The notes: a model not told the origin generated them from the letters alone. 64,000 bases of DNA from an uncultured Candidatus Entotheonella sp. (GCA_965215335.1 CBDCDA010000001.1:1152001-1216000); one strand, 5' to 3'; positions 1 through 9,642 are shown, numbered from the stretch's first letter. A program made the numbers and translations.

Positions 1-476
1 TCGTCGTCCTCGGCGGCATGAAGCCCCTGGACGGCACCTCCAATCAGGCCGTGCCGTCGTGCGGCCAGCTGCACCTCAGGCCGGTCAGGTTCCTGCTCAA
101 CCAGGCGGTTGGCAAGGCGCCGGATTTCGCGCCGCCGCAGGGCGAGATGTCGATCAGGGACTCGAAGTCGCCGCTGTTGCTCAAGATTGCCGGCGAGGAG
201 CAGGATGGCAAGTGGCTATACCGGGTTTCCGGCGAGGGCGAGGCGCCGAATCCGGGGGTGCGGCTGCGCATGGTGGCCGCCGGTTTCATCCGCTACGGCG
301 GAATGGACAAGGTGAGCGACACGCAGGTCATGTTCCCCTGCGGCGCGCGTCACGACGAGCTGATGCGGTTGCTGTTGCCGTATTCCCGCAACATCTCCAG
401 CGTGGAGGGCATGATGGCCGCCGAGGCCCTGCGCGGTCAGATGACCACCGGAACCCTTGGCTTTTCGGCCACCTAG
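1..476 (+). CDS. hypothetical protein, 5'-partial (frame open to window edge)
   Basis: ORF 18..476 extends upstream without a stop (VVLGGM...). GC-rich codon usage, co-oriented with the methyltransferase cluster. No family recognised. Confidence 0.6.
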   Translation, partial: VVLGGMKPLDGTSNQAVPSCGQLHLRPVRFLLNQAVGKAPDFAPPQGEMSIRDSKSPLLLKIAGEEQDGKWLYRVSGEGEAPNPGVRLRMVAAGFIRYGGMDKVSDTQVMFPCGARHDELMRLLLPYSRNISSVEGMMAAEALRGQMTTGTLGFSAT

Positions 477-563
477 AGCATTTCCGTATCCGGTCGCATC
501 GTCTGCATGGCGTCGGGGCTCCCCCCCCCCGGCTCACCTGCGGGCTGCGCCCTTGTTTCGCCG

Positions 564-669
564 ACTCCCCCTCAAGGGGGGAGTGATGGAGAGGGTGACG
601 AACGAGCAGGCCATGTTGAGCCGAAAGTGCCCTGATGTGCGTTCCGTTTGAGATCAGGAATTCTTCCGA
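564..669. repeat. intergenic composite of dispersed repeats (hairpin plus two motifs that recur elsewhere)
   Basis: Hairpin ACTCCCCC-TCAA-GGGGGGAGT at 564-584. 587-633 recurs inverted at 50801-50847. 633-669 recurs directly at 11873-11909 (35/37 identical). Confidence 0.75.
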
Positions 670-804
670 ATCGAGACCCCTGTGAGGCCGCCTTGCTGCA
701 ACTGGCCAAGGTCTCTCTGAAATTCTCGGTTTCAGGTGAACGCACTTCAGGTACGCATTCTCACAACTCGATCCCCTGTCCCCTGGCCCAGAGGAGGCGC
801 CAAT

Positions 805-1842
805 ATGCCATTCCAAGAGACCATGACGCCCCGCGAGCGGGTGCTGAACGCCCTGAACGGCAAACCCGTTGACCGCACCCCGGTTGCCAATCCCACCAAC
901 GTGGCGACGGTGGAGCTGATGGACATGATGGACGCGCCGTTTCCCGAGGCGTGCCGCGACCCGGAGCTGGCGGCGCGCCTGGCGGCGACCGGTTACACGG
1001 AGCTGGGCTTCGACTCCATCATGCCCTATTTCACCATCATCCAGGAGTCGTCGGCGCTCGGCTGCGAGATGCAGTGGGAGGAGAAAGACAACTGGCCCAC
1101 GGTGCGCATGAGCAACCCCGTCTGGAAGGGCCTGGACGACATTCGCGTGCCCCCCGGATTTCTGAACCATCGCGACAACGTCGCCATCACCGGGTCGCTT
1201 CGCCTGCTCAAGCAGGAATTCGGCGACGAGGTGGCCATCATCGGCAAGACCATGGGGCCGTGGACGCTGGCCTACCACGTGTTCGGGGTGGAGCGCTTTT
1301 TGTTGATGAGCGTTGACGATCCGGACGCGACCCTGCTCTGCCTGCACAAATTGAAGGAAATATCGGTGCTGTTCGGCGAGGCGCAGATCGAGGCTGGCGC
1401 CGACGCGCTGACCTTTCCCGACCACGCCACCGGCGACCTGGTCAGCGGCGAGTATTACGAGCGCTTCCTGCTCGACATTCACCAGGAGATGGTCGAGCGT
1501 CTGAAGGTGCCGCTGATCCTGCACATCTGCGGCAACACGCTGGACCGCATGGATTACATCGCCCGCAGCGGCATGGCCGCCTTCCACTTCGATTCCAAGA
1601 ACGACCCGCAGCAGGCGATGGGCATCGTTGACGGCCGCATCGCCCTGGTGGGCAACATCAACAATCCCGAAACGCTGTACGCCCGCGGGCCCGAGGAGGT
1701 GCGCCAGGAGGTCTACCGCTGCCTGGACGCCGGGGTGGACCTGATTGCCCCCGAGTGCGCCATCCCCCTGGCCACCAAGCTGGAGAACCTGCTTGAAATT
1801 CCCCGGGCCGTACGGGACTGGTCGCGTGAGCACACCGCCTGA
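805..1842 (+). CDS. MtaA/CmuA-family methyltransferase (uroporphyrinogen decarboxylase fold)
   Basis: N-terminal MTPRERVLNALNG, GPWTLA, Zn-type LHICG and C-terminal APEC motifs. RBS GAGGAG. Adjacent to a corrinoid protein. Confidence 0.88.
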   Translation: MPFQETMTPRERVLNALNGKPVDRTPVANPTNVATVELMDMMDAPFPEACRDPELAARLAATGYTELGFDSIMPYFTIIQESSALGCEMQWEEKDNWPTVRMSNPVWKGLDDIRVPPGFLNHRDNVAITGSLRLLKQEFGDEVAIIGKTMGPWTLAYHVFGVERFLLMSVDDPDATLLCLHKLKEISVLFGEAQIEAGADALTFPDHATGDLVSGEYYERFLLDIHQEMVERLKVPLILHICGNTLDRMDYIARSGMAAFHFDSKNDPQQAMGIVDGRIALVGNINNPETLYARGPEEVRQEVYRCLDAGVDLIAPECAIPLATKLENLLEIPRAVRDWSREHTA

Positions 1843-1935
1843 AGCCGCCGGGTAGAACGCCTGCGGTTTCCCTGATAAAATCGCCGCGTCGGTTTACACA
1901 CCCCGGGGTGGAATTCGCGCCAAGGAGCATGAGGC

Positions 1936-2685
1936 ATGCAGATACACAACAAAGGCTTGGAGAAGGAATTCGCCTACGTCACCAAACCGGCAGAGGTGAA
2001 CCACATCCAGAGCCTGTTCGAGAAATCGGCCCCCATCATGCACGACATCGCCTACAACCTGATCGTCGGCAAGCACACCGAGGTGGACCGGCTGGCCAGG
2101 CAGGCGCTGGACGATGGATTCCACGCCAACACCATTCTGGACGATGGCCTCATCGCCGGCATGGCCATCGTGGGCATCAAATTTCGCGACAACATCATTT
2201 TCGTGCCCGAGGTGCTGGTGGCGGCGCGCGCCATGAAAGCCGGCATGAGCCATATCGAGCCGATCCTGTCGGCATCCGGCATCGAGCCGATGGGCACGGT
2301 CGTCATGGGCACGGTAAAGGGCGACCTGCACGACATCGGCAAGAATCTCTGCATCATGATGCTGCGCGGCGCCGGGTTCGTGGTTCACGACCTGGGAGTG
2401 GACACCAAGCCCGACGAGTTTATCGACGCCGTCATGGAGCACGGCGCCGCCATCCTCGGCATGTCGGCGCTGCTGACCACCACCATGCCGAACATGGGCA
2501 AGACGATCGAAGCCTTCGAGGAAGCCGGTCTGCGGGACACGGTGAGGATCATGCTGGGCGGCGCGCCGCTGACGCAGGAATTCGCCGACGACATGGGAGC
2601 CGACGCCTACGGCGACAACGCCATCGCGTGCGTCGATCTCGCCAAGGGATTCGTCGGCGAGGAGGCGGTGCCGGAGGCTTCGTAG
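1936..2685 (+). CDS. corrinoid (cobalamin-binding) protein
   Basis: Cap domain (GLIAGMAIVG...FVPEVLVAARAM) plus B12 motif GDLHDIGKN, SALLTTT and GGAP. Confidence 0.93.
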   Translation: MQIHNKGLEKEFAYVTKPAEVNHIQSLFEKSAPIMHDIAYNLIVGKHTEVDRLARQALDDGFHANTILDDGLIAGMAIVGIKFRDNIIFVPEVLVAARAMKAGMSHIEPILSASGIEPMGTVVMGTVKGDLHDIGKNLCIMMLRGAGFVVHDLGVDTKPDEFIDAVMEHGAAILGMSALLTTTMPNMGKTIEAFEEAGLRDTVRIMLGGAPLTQEFADDMGADAYGDNAIACVDLAKGFVGEEAVPEAS

Positions 2686-2687
2686 CC

Positions 2688-2930
2688 ATGGAGCAGCGAG
2701 TGGACAAGGCGCGGTACCGGGCGAGTCTGGCCCGACTGGAGGCGATCTTTCGGGACATGTCGAGCACCGCCACCGAGGTGTCGACCTGGCGCTGCCCGTA
2801 CAAAAGTGCGGAGGATCACTGTACCGCCAGTTTCGGCTGCCGCAACCAGAACCGCAGCGTCACGCAAGGCGAGTCGTTCATCTGCCTGAGCGATGACAAA
2901 CTCGACTACCGGAGCGCCTGGGAAACGTAG
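2688..2930 (+). CDS. small Cys-containing hypothetical protein
   Basis: 80 aa filling the gap between the corrinoid protein and the activator. RBS GGAGG. Four Cys (RCPY, HCTA, GCRN, FICL). Confidence 0.7.
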   Translation: MEQRVDKARYRASLARLEAIFRDMSSTATEVSTWRCPYKSAEDHCTASFGCRNQNRSVTQGESFICLSDDKLDYRSAWET

Positions 2931-2943
2931 GAAAGCGGTCTGC

Positions 2944-4569
2944 ATGGCGCCCATGTATCACGACTCCCACCGGCTCGACGCGGTTGCCGGCAAATCCGTT
3001 TTCGACTACGCCGACACCTTGAAAGTCCGCGTGCCCACCTCATGCGGCAGAACCGGCGAGTGCCACGAGTGCATTGTCGAAATCAGACGCGGCATGCCGG
3101 CGCTCAACCCCCCGACGCCAGCCGAAAGCTTCCTTCGAGAGCCGTACCGTCTTGCTTGCCAGGCTTCCATCACCGACCCCGACGTGGATATCGAATTTGC
3201 CGTCTTGCGACGCCAGCCGAAGATTCTGACGCACGGCATTCGTCGGCAAGTGCCCCTGGCGCCGCTGTCCGTTCGCAAGCACGACGCCGTGTACTTCCGC
3301 GCTGAGCGCCTCGACGCGTACCGGGGCCAGATTTATGGCCTGGCCGTCGACCTCGGCACCACGACGGTCGTCCTGAACCTGGTGGATCTGGAGAGCGGCG
3401 ACATCCTGTACACGGGCTCCTTCGAAAACCCGCAACGCTTTGGCGGCAGCGACATCATGCACCGCATTTCATACGACGGCGGGCCGTTCCGGGGCGAGCT
3501 GCAACAGGCGATCTTGTCCGGCATCAACTTTGAGATACGGGATATGTGCCGGCGCCTCGAGACGCGAGCGCGGCGCATTTACGAGGTGGTGATCGTCGGC
3601 AACGCGACCATGCGCGACCTGTTTTTCGGTTTCGATGTCCAGCCGATCGGCGAAAAGCCCTACAAGTCCGTCACCGAGCTGGAGATGCTGGCGGGGCAGC
3701 GGCCCACCACGGCCCTGAGCGTCAAGGCAAAGGACATCGGGCTGCGGATTTTTCCACGCGCCAACGTCTACGGTGGGCCGCTCATCAGCTCGCATGTCGG
3801 CGCCGACGTGGCGGCCGACCTGCTGGCCGTCGGGCTGGACGAGGAAGACGACGACGTCCTGCTGGTGGACGTCGGAACCAATACGGAGGTCGTCGTCGGC
3901 AACCGCCACCGCATGATCGCGGCTTCGTGCCCGGCGGGCCCGGCCTTCGAGGGCGGCCAGGTGACGTACGGCATGCCCGGTTACGACGGCGCCGTCGAAT
4001 CGGTAGCCCTCGGCGACGATGGCGTCACCTGCAAGACGATTGGCGGGACGCCGGCACGGGGCATCTGCGGCTCCGGCCTCGTCGACCTGCTGGCGGAACT
4101 GCGGCGCTGCGGCAAAATGAACGAGCTCGGCGTGTATGAGAACGGCGACGACGCCTTCATCTTCGCGCCGGAGAGCGGCATGTCGTTGTCACGCGCCGAC
4201 ATCAGCGCCCTGGCGCAGGCCAAGTCGGCCAACTTCTCGGGCCAGTACATCGCGCTGCGGCGCTACGGGGTGCCGCTGGGCGAGATCCGGAAGCTGTATC
4301 TGGCGGGCGGATTCGCCAACTACGTCAACGTGGGGAACGCCGTCGCCATCGGCTTCATCGCCAACCTGCCCGCCGAGCGCATCGTCAAAGTCGGCAACGC
4401 GTCGCTGGAAGGTGCCACCCTCATGCTGCTCAACGGCGGCCTGCGGCAACGCATCGAAGCCCTGGTGTCCCGGATCGAGCACGTCGAGCTGGAAACCACC
4501 CCGGACTTCTTCGACATCTTTGTCGAGGGCTGCATGTTCAATCCCATGGGCGAGCCGCTCACTCCGTAA
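2944..4569 (+). CDS. ASKHA-domain reductive activator of corrinoid proteins (RACE/RACo-like) with N-terminal 2Fe-2S ferredoxin domain
   Basis: SCGRTGECHEC...RLACQ ferredoxin motif. ASKHA motifs VDLGTTT and DVGTNTE, plus AGPAFEG and GICGSG. Confidence 0.9.
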   Translation: MAPMYHDSHRLDAVAGKSVFDYADTLKVRVPTSCGRTGECHECIVEIRRGMPALNPPTPAESFLREPYRLACQASITDPDVDIEFAVLRRQPKILTHGIRRQVPLAPLSVRKHDAVYFRAERLDAYRGQIYGLAVDLGTTTVVLNLVDLESGDILYTGSFENPQRFGGSDIMHRISYDGGPFRGELQQAILSGINFEIRDMCRRLETRARRIYEVVIVGNATMRDLFFGFDVQPIGEKPYKSVTELEMLAGQRPTTALSVKAKDIGLRIFPRANVYGGPLISSHVGADVAADLLAVGLDEEDDDVLLVDVGTNTEVVVGNRHRMIAASCPAGPAFEGGQVTYGMPGYDGAVESVALGDDGVTCKTIGGTPARGICGSGLVDLLAELRRCGKMNELGVYENGDDAFIFAPESGMSLSRADISALAQAKSANFSGQYIALRRYGVPLGEIRKLYLAGGFANYVNVGNAVAIGFIANLPAERIVKVGNASLEGATLMLLNGGLRQRIEALVSRIEHVELETTPDFFDIFVEGCMFNPMGEPLTP

Positions 4570-4912
4570 GTGGCCGGAAGAAGTGGCTGGAAGCGCGTTA
4601 TGGAGACTGTTGAAGATACGAGGAAACCGTCTCCTTGGCTTTGGGCCGTGCGCTGTGGGATATCGGTTATCGGCAGCGGATTCGAGACTTCAAGGAAGAC
4701 CCATACGACCCTCGGCAGCTTTGATGAAATTACCCATCACCGGGATGCAAGAGGCGGGCGGGCCGATGCGTTCCTGGCAGGATTCGCTTCCAGGGGCGAG
4801 CCAGGCCAGAGATGAGGAAAGGCCTATTTGGCAAAGCAGAGCAACGACTTCCAGGAAAGCCGCGAGCGGCTTCTCGATCAGAGAAAGCTATGCAGGCGGT
4901 GAAGGAGAACCC

Positions 4913-5932
4913 ATGACTTACAAAGTGCTGGTGACGGACCACGTGTGGCCCTCCGTGGAGCCCGAGAGGGCGGTATTGGCACAGGTCGGCGCCGAACTCG
5001 TGGTGGCGCCGGACGGCGGGGAGGGCACCCTTGCCGATTTGGCGAGGGATGTCGATGGCATTCTGACGTGCTTTGCGCAGGTCACCGATACCGTCCTGCG
5101 GGCGGCGGAGAAATGCGTCGTGGTCGGGCGCTACGGCGTCGGGGTGGACAACATCACGGTGCAGACGGCAACGGAGCTCGGCATGGCGGTCACCTATGTG
5201 CCCGACTACTGCGTCGAGGAGGTCTCCGATCACGTCATGGGGCTGCTGTTGACCTGGAACCGGCGCATCGCCCATTTCGACCGGCTGGTCAAGACCTCGG
5301 GTTGGGGCGGTCTGTCCCTGACCATGCCCATCCTGAGACTGCGCGGCAAGAAACTCGGTGTCGTCGGTTTTGGCCGAATCGGCCAGGCGGTGTGCCGCAA
5401 GGCCCTCGCCTTCGGCTTCGAGGTGCTGGCTTGCGACCCGTTCGTTGCCGCCGAAACCGCGGTCAAGCTGGGCGGCAAGATGGTAGATATGCCGACGCTG
5501 CTGAAGGAATCGGACTTCGTGACCCTGCACTCGCCGCTGATACCCGAAACGAGAAACATGATCGGCGCCGCCGAGCTTGCCCTCATGAAGCCGACGGCAT
5601 TCATCATCAACTGCGCGCGCGGCCCTCTGATCGACGAGGATGCGCTGGCCGATGCCCTGAAAAACAACCGCATTGGGGGAGCCGGACTGGACGTGCTGGT
5701 CGATGCGCACCCGGCGCCCGATCACCCGTTGCTGCGGCTGGAGAACGCCATCATCACGCCGCACGTGGCGTTTTTCTCGGAGGAAGCGGTGCTGGAATTA
5801 GAGAAACGCGCGGCAGGGGAAGTCGCCGCGGTCTTGCAGGGCAGGATGCCCGAGAATCTGGTGAACAAGGACGTGCTCGCCCACCCCGACCCGAGGCACC
5901 AACTGCCCAGAGGCCAGGCTCAGGACTCATAA
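4913..5932 (+). CDS. D-isomer-specific 2-hydroxyacid dehydrogenase (CtBP/PGDH-like)
   Basis: RYGVGVDNI, GVVGFGRIG, INCARG, LDV, TPHVAF motifs. RBS AAGGAG before ATG 4913. Stop codon lies inside the IS5 end. Confidence 0.9.
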   Translation: MTYKVLVTDHVWPSVEPERAVLAQVGAELVVAPDGGEGTLADLARDVDGILTCFAQVTDTVLRAAEKCVVVGRYGVGVDNITVQTATELGMAVTYVPDYCVEEVSDHVMGLLLTWNRRIAHFDRLVKTSGWGGLSLTMPILRLRGKKLGVVGFGRIGQAVCRKALAFGFEVLACDPFVAAETAVKLGGKMVDMPTLLKESDFVTLHSPLIPETRNMIGAAELALMKPTAFIINCARGPLIDEDALADALKNNRIGGAGLDVLVDAHPAPDHPLLRLENAIITPHVAFFSEEAVLELEKRAAGEVAAVLQGRMPENLVNKDVLAHPDPRHQLPRGQAQDS

Positions 5933-6150
5933 CCAGAAGATGGCCGTGGCAGCATGGCAGATGGCGCTGAAAAAGGTGTGCGCACACCGGTCATGGCGCG
6001 TGGCGATGCGACGCCAGTCCTCGAGACGACCAAACGGACGCTCGATGAGGTTGCGGATCTTGTATGGCTCGCGGTCATGGACGATCGGCTCTTTACGGTT
6101 GGCACGGCCTGGAATGCGCGACGCAATGCCTCGCCTGGCAAGCGCCTGGC
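5917..6150 (-). mobile_element. IS5-family remnant (transposase 3' end plus terminal repeat)
   Basis: Translates YKIRNLIERPFGRLEDWRRIATRHDRCAHTFFSAIC..IFWL, a typical IS5 C-terminus. Terminal sequence GGCTCAGGACTCATAA. Confidence 0.88.
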
Positions 6151-6171
6151 CGCACAGGACTGACATGAACC

Positions 6172-6327
6172 AAACGCTTCGACGCCCAGGACAAGCGCCT
6201 TGACCGTCTTGCCGACGAGGTCGCGGAACTCCGCAAGCTGACGATCAGCATCGGTAAACGGGTATCGCGCAGCGAAGACCGGATCGAGATTATCCGGGAG
6301 CAGATCAGGACCGTGGACATCCCTTGA
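6172..6327 (+). pseudogene. fragment of a small coiled-coil protein
   Basis: Reads KRFDAQDKRLDRLADEVAELRKL...IRTVDIP*. No in-frame start; adjoins the IS5 remnant. Confidence 0.4.
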
Positions 6328-6587
6328 CGCCAAACGACGCCCCAGGATTGCACGCAAGACGTTCATATCGACAGCATGTCAAGAGCATCTCTGGTAACGT
6401 TCATTCCACTCCGGAACTCGACGCGGGGCTCACCCGTGTTCTGGCCGGGCTGTTCTGACGGCTTTCGCCATCAAAGCCCGAGTCCTGATGTTCTGTTCCC
6501 TTTCAACCCAGGGCCCGCATTCAGTTCGTGCGGGGTTGGCGGCAAGGCATATTCTGATGGTTGGATCTTGTGGAAGACTGACGGTTG

Positions 6588-6705
6588 CTCACAGACCACG
6601 CCGTCATTGTCGGCATCGCGCATGTACGGACAGGCCGGATGCCGCCACGGCATCGGTGCGATGCCGTGGCGGCCTCGCTTCCTTGCACGTGATCCTGCCG
6701 TTTCT
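6588..6705 (-). pseudogene. Excalibur Ca-binding domain remnant
   Basis: NGRITCKEAR / frameshift / RHGIAP..HPACPYMRDADNDGVVCE, containing the DxDxDGxxCE motif. Confidence 0.65.
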
Positions 6706-7014
6706 GACGCTTGGCATGAAAGGGCCTGGTTGGACACATGCACCTTGGCTCGGCAAGGTCCTTCTTCTACGCTGCCACCCCTTCTTTCCACAGGCGGAAA
6801 GGACACATAATCAACTTCAGGTGAAGGAGAAAGACTATGACACGACAGTAGACGCCCGCACGGGTGCGGCGCGCGGCGATGACGGTAAAGGTGAAGCCGG
6901 CCATGACTGTCAAGCAGGCCAGGATCATGAGAGATCCGAAGATGCGTACGCCGGCGTCGAGCGGCGGTTCTGGGAAAGAGATGGCGAACGGTCAGGGTGA
7001 TGCCCCATAGAAAG

Positions 7015-7343
7015 GAGATCAGCGACTACCGGGGAGCCGGCACGGTGTTGCCGTCCCTGCCTGCTGCCGACATCCTGATTGCCGGCAAGGGCTACGACAG
7101 CAACCGGTTGCGCAAGACGCTTGCCAGGCGAGGCATCCAGTCCCGCATTCCAGGCCGTGCCGACCGTAAAGAGCCAATCGTTTACGACACCGAACTTTAC
7201 AAGAGCCGCGATGTTATTGAGCGCCTGTTCGGCAGACTCGAGGATTGGCGTCACATCGCCACGCGGCATGATCGCTGCGCACATTTTCTACGGCGCTATC
7301 TGTATTGCTGCCACGGTCATCTTCTGGTTATGAGTCCTGCGCC
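7015..7343 (+). mobile_element. IS5-family remnant, inverted relative to 5917-6150
   Basis: ISDYRGA..LIAGKGYDS (ADKGYD motif with D>G), IERLFGRLEDWRHIATRHDR, frameshift near the 3' end, terminal TTATGAGTCCTGCGCC. Confidence 0.88.
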
Positions 7344-7981
7344 CAGGACGCTGTTTCATCCAGCGTTGCCGCGATGCGGGCCGTCACGACCTGCGGGGCG
7401 GTGTCGCCGTCGATGCGCTTCAACAGCCCCTGCTCGCCGTAGAACGGAATGATGGGTGCCGTTTCGGCGTGGTACTTCTCCAGGCGGGCCGTGCAGGCTG
7501 CCTCGGTATCGTCCTTGCGTTGCACGACGCAGTCGGTGATGTCGGCCGGGGGCGGCCTGAACTGGACGTGGTAGATGTCACCGGTCTCGGGATCCATGCG
7601 CCGGCCGGTGACGCGTTCTACGATGCGGCTGTCCGGCACCTCGATCAGTACTACGGCGTCGAGGGTCACGCCGGCCGTTTCCAGGTCGACGGCTAGCGCC
7701 TCGGCCTGCGGCCGAGTGCGCGGAAAGCCATCGAGGATGAATCCCTTGGCGCAATCCGGCTGCGCCGTGCGCTCAATGATCATCGCGATGACCAAGGCGT
7801 CGGGCACCAGTTGGCCGGCCTTCATGAAACCGTCGGCCTGCTTGCCCAAATCCGTGCCGGAGGCCACCGCGGCGCGCAGCATGTCGCCGCTCGAAATGTG
7901 CGGAATCTGAAATCGTTCCACCAGGTATTCGGCCTGGGTCCCCTTGCCCGCCCCTGGCGGGCCAATCAGGATCAAGCGCAT
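7328..7981 (-). CDS. adk: adenylate kinase
   Basis: GPPGAGKGTQA P-loop, HISSGDMLR, GFILDGFPRT, QRKDD. Confidence 0.96.
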   Translation of the reverse strand: MRLILIGPPGAGKGTQAEYLVERFQIPHISSGDMLRAAVASGTDLGKQADGFMKAGQLVPDALVIAMIIERTAQPDCAKGFILDGFPRTRPQAEALAVDLETAGVTLDAVVLIEVPDSRIVERVTGRRMDPETGDIYHVQFRPPPADITDCVVQRKDDTEAACTARLEKYHAETAPIIPFYGEQGLLKRIDGDTAPQVVTARIAATLDETASWAQDS

Positions 7982-8230
7982 ATCGGGTGCTCCCTGTCTG
8001 TTGACCGTTTGCAGTTGGTGAAAGACGCTGATGGGAGCCGGAAGGTTTTCAGCCCGCCGCCACGCAGCCGCACTATACATGGCGGTCCGCCGCGTCGCTA
8101 GACCTGCGGAATAGAATGTGTGTAGAATGACTGCTCAGGCCTGTCCCCGAGGGCTTGGTGGTGCGGACCAGGAATCCGGTCTTGACGACCTGACCGGGCA
8201 GATGAATCCCTCGCACGCAAGGAGAGAGTT

Positions 8231-9379
8231 TTGCAGTACAACCTTATTTCCGGCGACAACCATATCGACTTGACCTACTGTCCGCCCGATCTGTGGTCGG
8301 CTGACGCGCCGGCCAAGTGGAGGCTGCTCGTGCCGCGGGTGGAAGAACTCGACGACGGCCTGCACTGGTTTGTGGAAGGTCAGGACAAGGGCATGTGGAA
8401 CGGTGTCGGACCCGGCTTTCTGAAATACCAGAAGGGTCAGTTTGCCCGCATCGACACCATGAAAGACCTCGGCTTCGAGTGGGGGCATGATTGGAGCGCC
8501 AGCCCGCGCCCGACCACGCCGGAATTGCGACTCGAAGACCTGGACCGGGACGGCGTCGACGCGGAAATCATCTATGGCTGCCTGCTGGTCAATGACCTCA
8601 TTCCCGACGGCGACCGCCGCGCCTGGGCGTACCGGCGCTACAACGACTGGGTAGCCGACTTCGCCAAACGCTCCGACCCGAATCGCGTCTTTCCACTGGC
8701 CGTCATCCCGAACAACGATCCGCAGAAAGGGGCAGCAGAAATCCGTCGCTGCGCCAAGATGGGTCTGAAAGGCGGCGACCTGCCCGTCAAGCGCATGAGC
8801 GTGCCCCTGTGGCATCACGACTGGTACCACGTGTGGGAAGCGGCTGCCGAGTGCAACTTTCCCCTTTCATTCCACTCCACCGGCTTCAAGGGCCTGCGGA
8901 CGCCGGACACGCCTGCGATGGAGAAGGAATACGAGGTCGAATGGCGCCTGCTGCGCTCGGCATTGTTCCAGCTGGACGGCATGGAAGTCCTCGTGTCCCT
9001 GATCATCTCGGGCGCCTGCGAGAAGTACCCCAACCTCAGGTTCATCCTGGGCGAGTCCGGCGTCACCTGGATACCCTACGTCCTGGATCGCCTGGATACC
9101 GAGTATGAGGACCGCGCCCGCGAACTGGGCTTCTCGATGAAGCCGAGCGACTACTTCCGGCGCAACGGGTACACGACGTACCAGCAGGACGAGTTCATCT
9201 CGACGATCATCCCGCTGGTGGGCGAGGACAACATCATCTGGGGCGCGGACTACCCGCATCCCGACTGCATCTGGCCTGATTCACGGCATCACCTCGAGGT
9301 CAACCTCGGCGAGTTGCCGGCCAGCGTGCAGCGCAAGATCACCTGCGACAACGTGATCGAGTTGTACGATCTTGCCTGA
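8231..9379 (+). CDS. amidohydrolase family protein (Amidohydro_2)
   Basis: ISGDNH, RLEDLDRDGVDAEIIY, YNDW, ESGVTW, WGADYPHPD motifs. Confidence 0.88.
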   Translation: MQYNLISGDNHIDLTYCPPDLWSADAPAKWRLLVPRVEELDDGLHWFVEGQDKGMWNGVGPGFLKYQKGQFARIDTMKDLGFEWGHDWSASPRPTTPELRLEDLDRDGVDAEIIYGCLLVNDLIPDGDRRAWAYRRYNDWVADFAKRSDPNRVFPLAVIPNNDPQKGAAEIRRCAKMGLKGGDLPVKRMSVPLWHHDWYHVWEAAAECNFPLSFHSTGFKGLRTPDTPAMEKEYEVEWRLLRSALFQLDGMEVLVSLIISGACEKYPNLRFILGESGVTWIPYVLDRLDTEYEDRARELGFSMKPSDYFRRNGYTTYQQDEFISTIIPLVGEDNIIWGADYPHPDCIWPDSRHHLEVNLGELPASVQRKITCDNVIELYDLA

Positions 9380-9450
9380 GTTGGATTTGCGCCAAGTTGA
9401 CGCACTAAAGAGACCTTGAACGGAAGCCAGTAAGGTACTATTGGGTGCTG

Positions 9451-9642
9451 AAGGGGGACCGCAGCCAAGCGATCGGTCGCTCACGGGATGGCCCAAGCAC
9501 CAGGATCAGCGTGATGGTTGGCGTCTTGGGTAACCTGTGCGTTTCGTGTTGCCGCTGGGTCAGCGCCATGACCTGAGGCGCCCCGCCGCCGCTTGAGAGC
9601 ATCGCGTTCGAGGCGCTGATTGCGGACAAGGCATACGACACG
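9451..9642 (+). mobile_element. decayed IS5-family transposase fragment
   Basis: AIGRSRDGPSTRI (cf. GRSRGGxxTKIH), GQRHD and LIADKAYD in shifting frames. Confidence 0.75.

Noticed and set aside
633..669. 37-bp repeat as a CRISPR repeat
   Set aside because: Only two copies, 11 kb apart, with no spacer array and no cas genes.
670..804. Cobalamin or glycine riboswitch before the methyltransferase
   Set aside because: Two TTCAGGT words are present, but I could not find the conserved cores of either family; an Rfam scan would settle it.
4570..4912. Gene or ncRNA in the spacer after the activator gene
   Set aside because: Only a short motif-less ORF and no convincing structure; may be decayed sequence.
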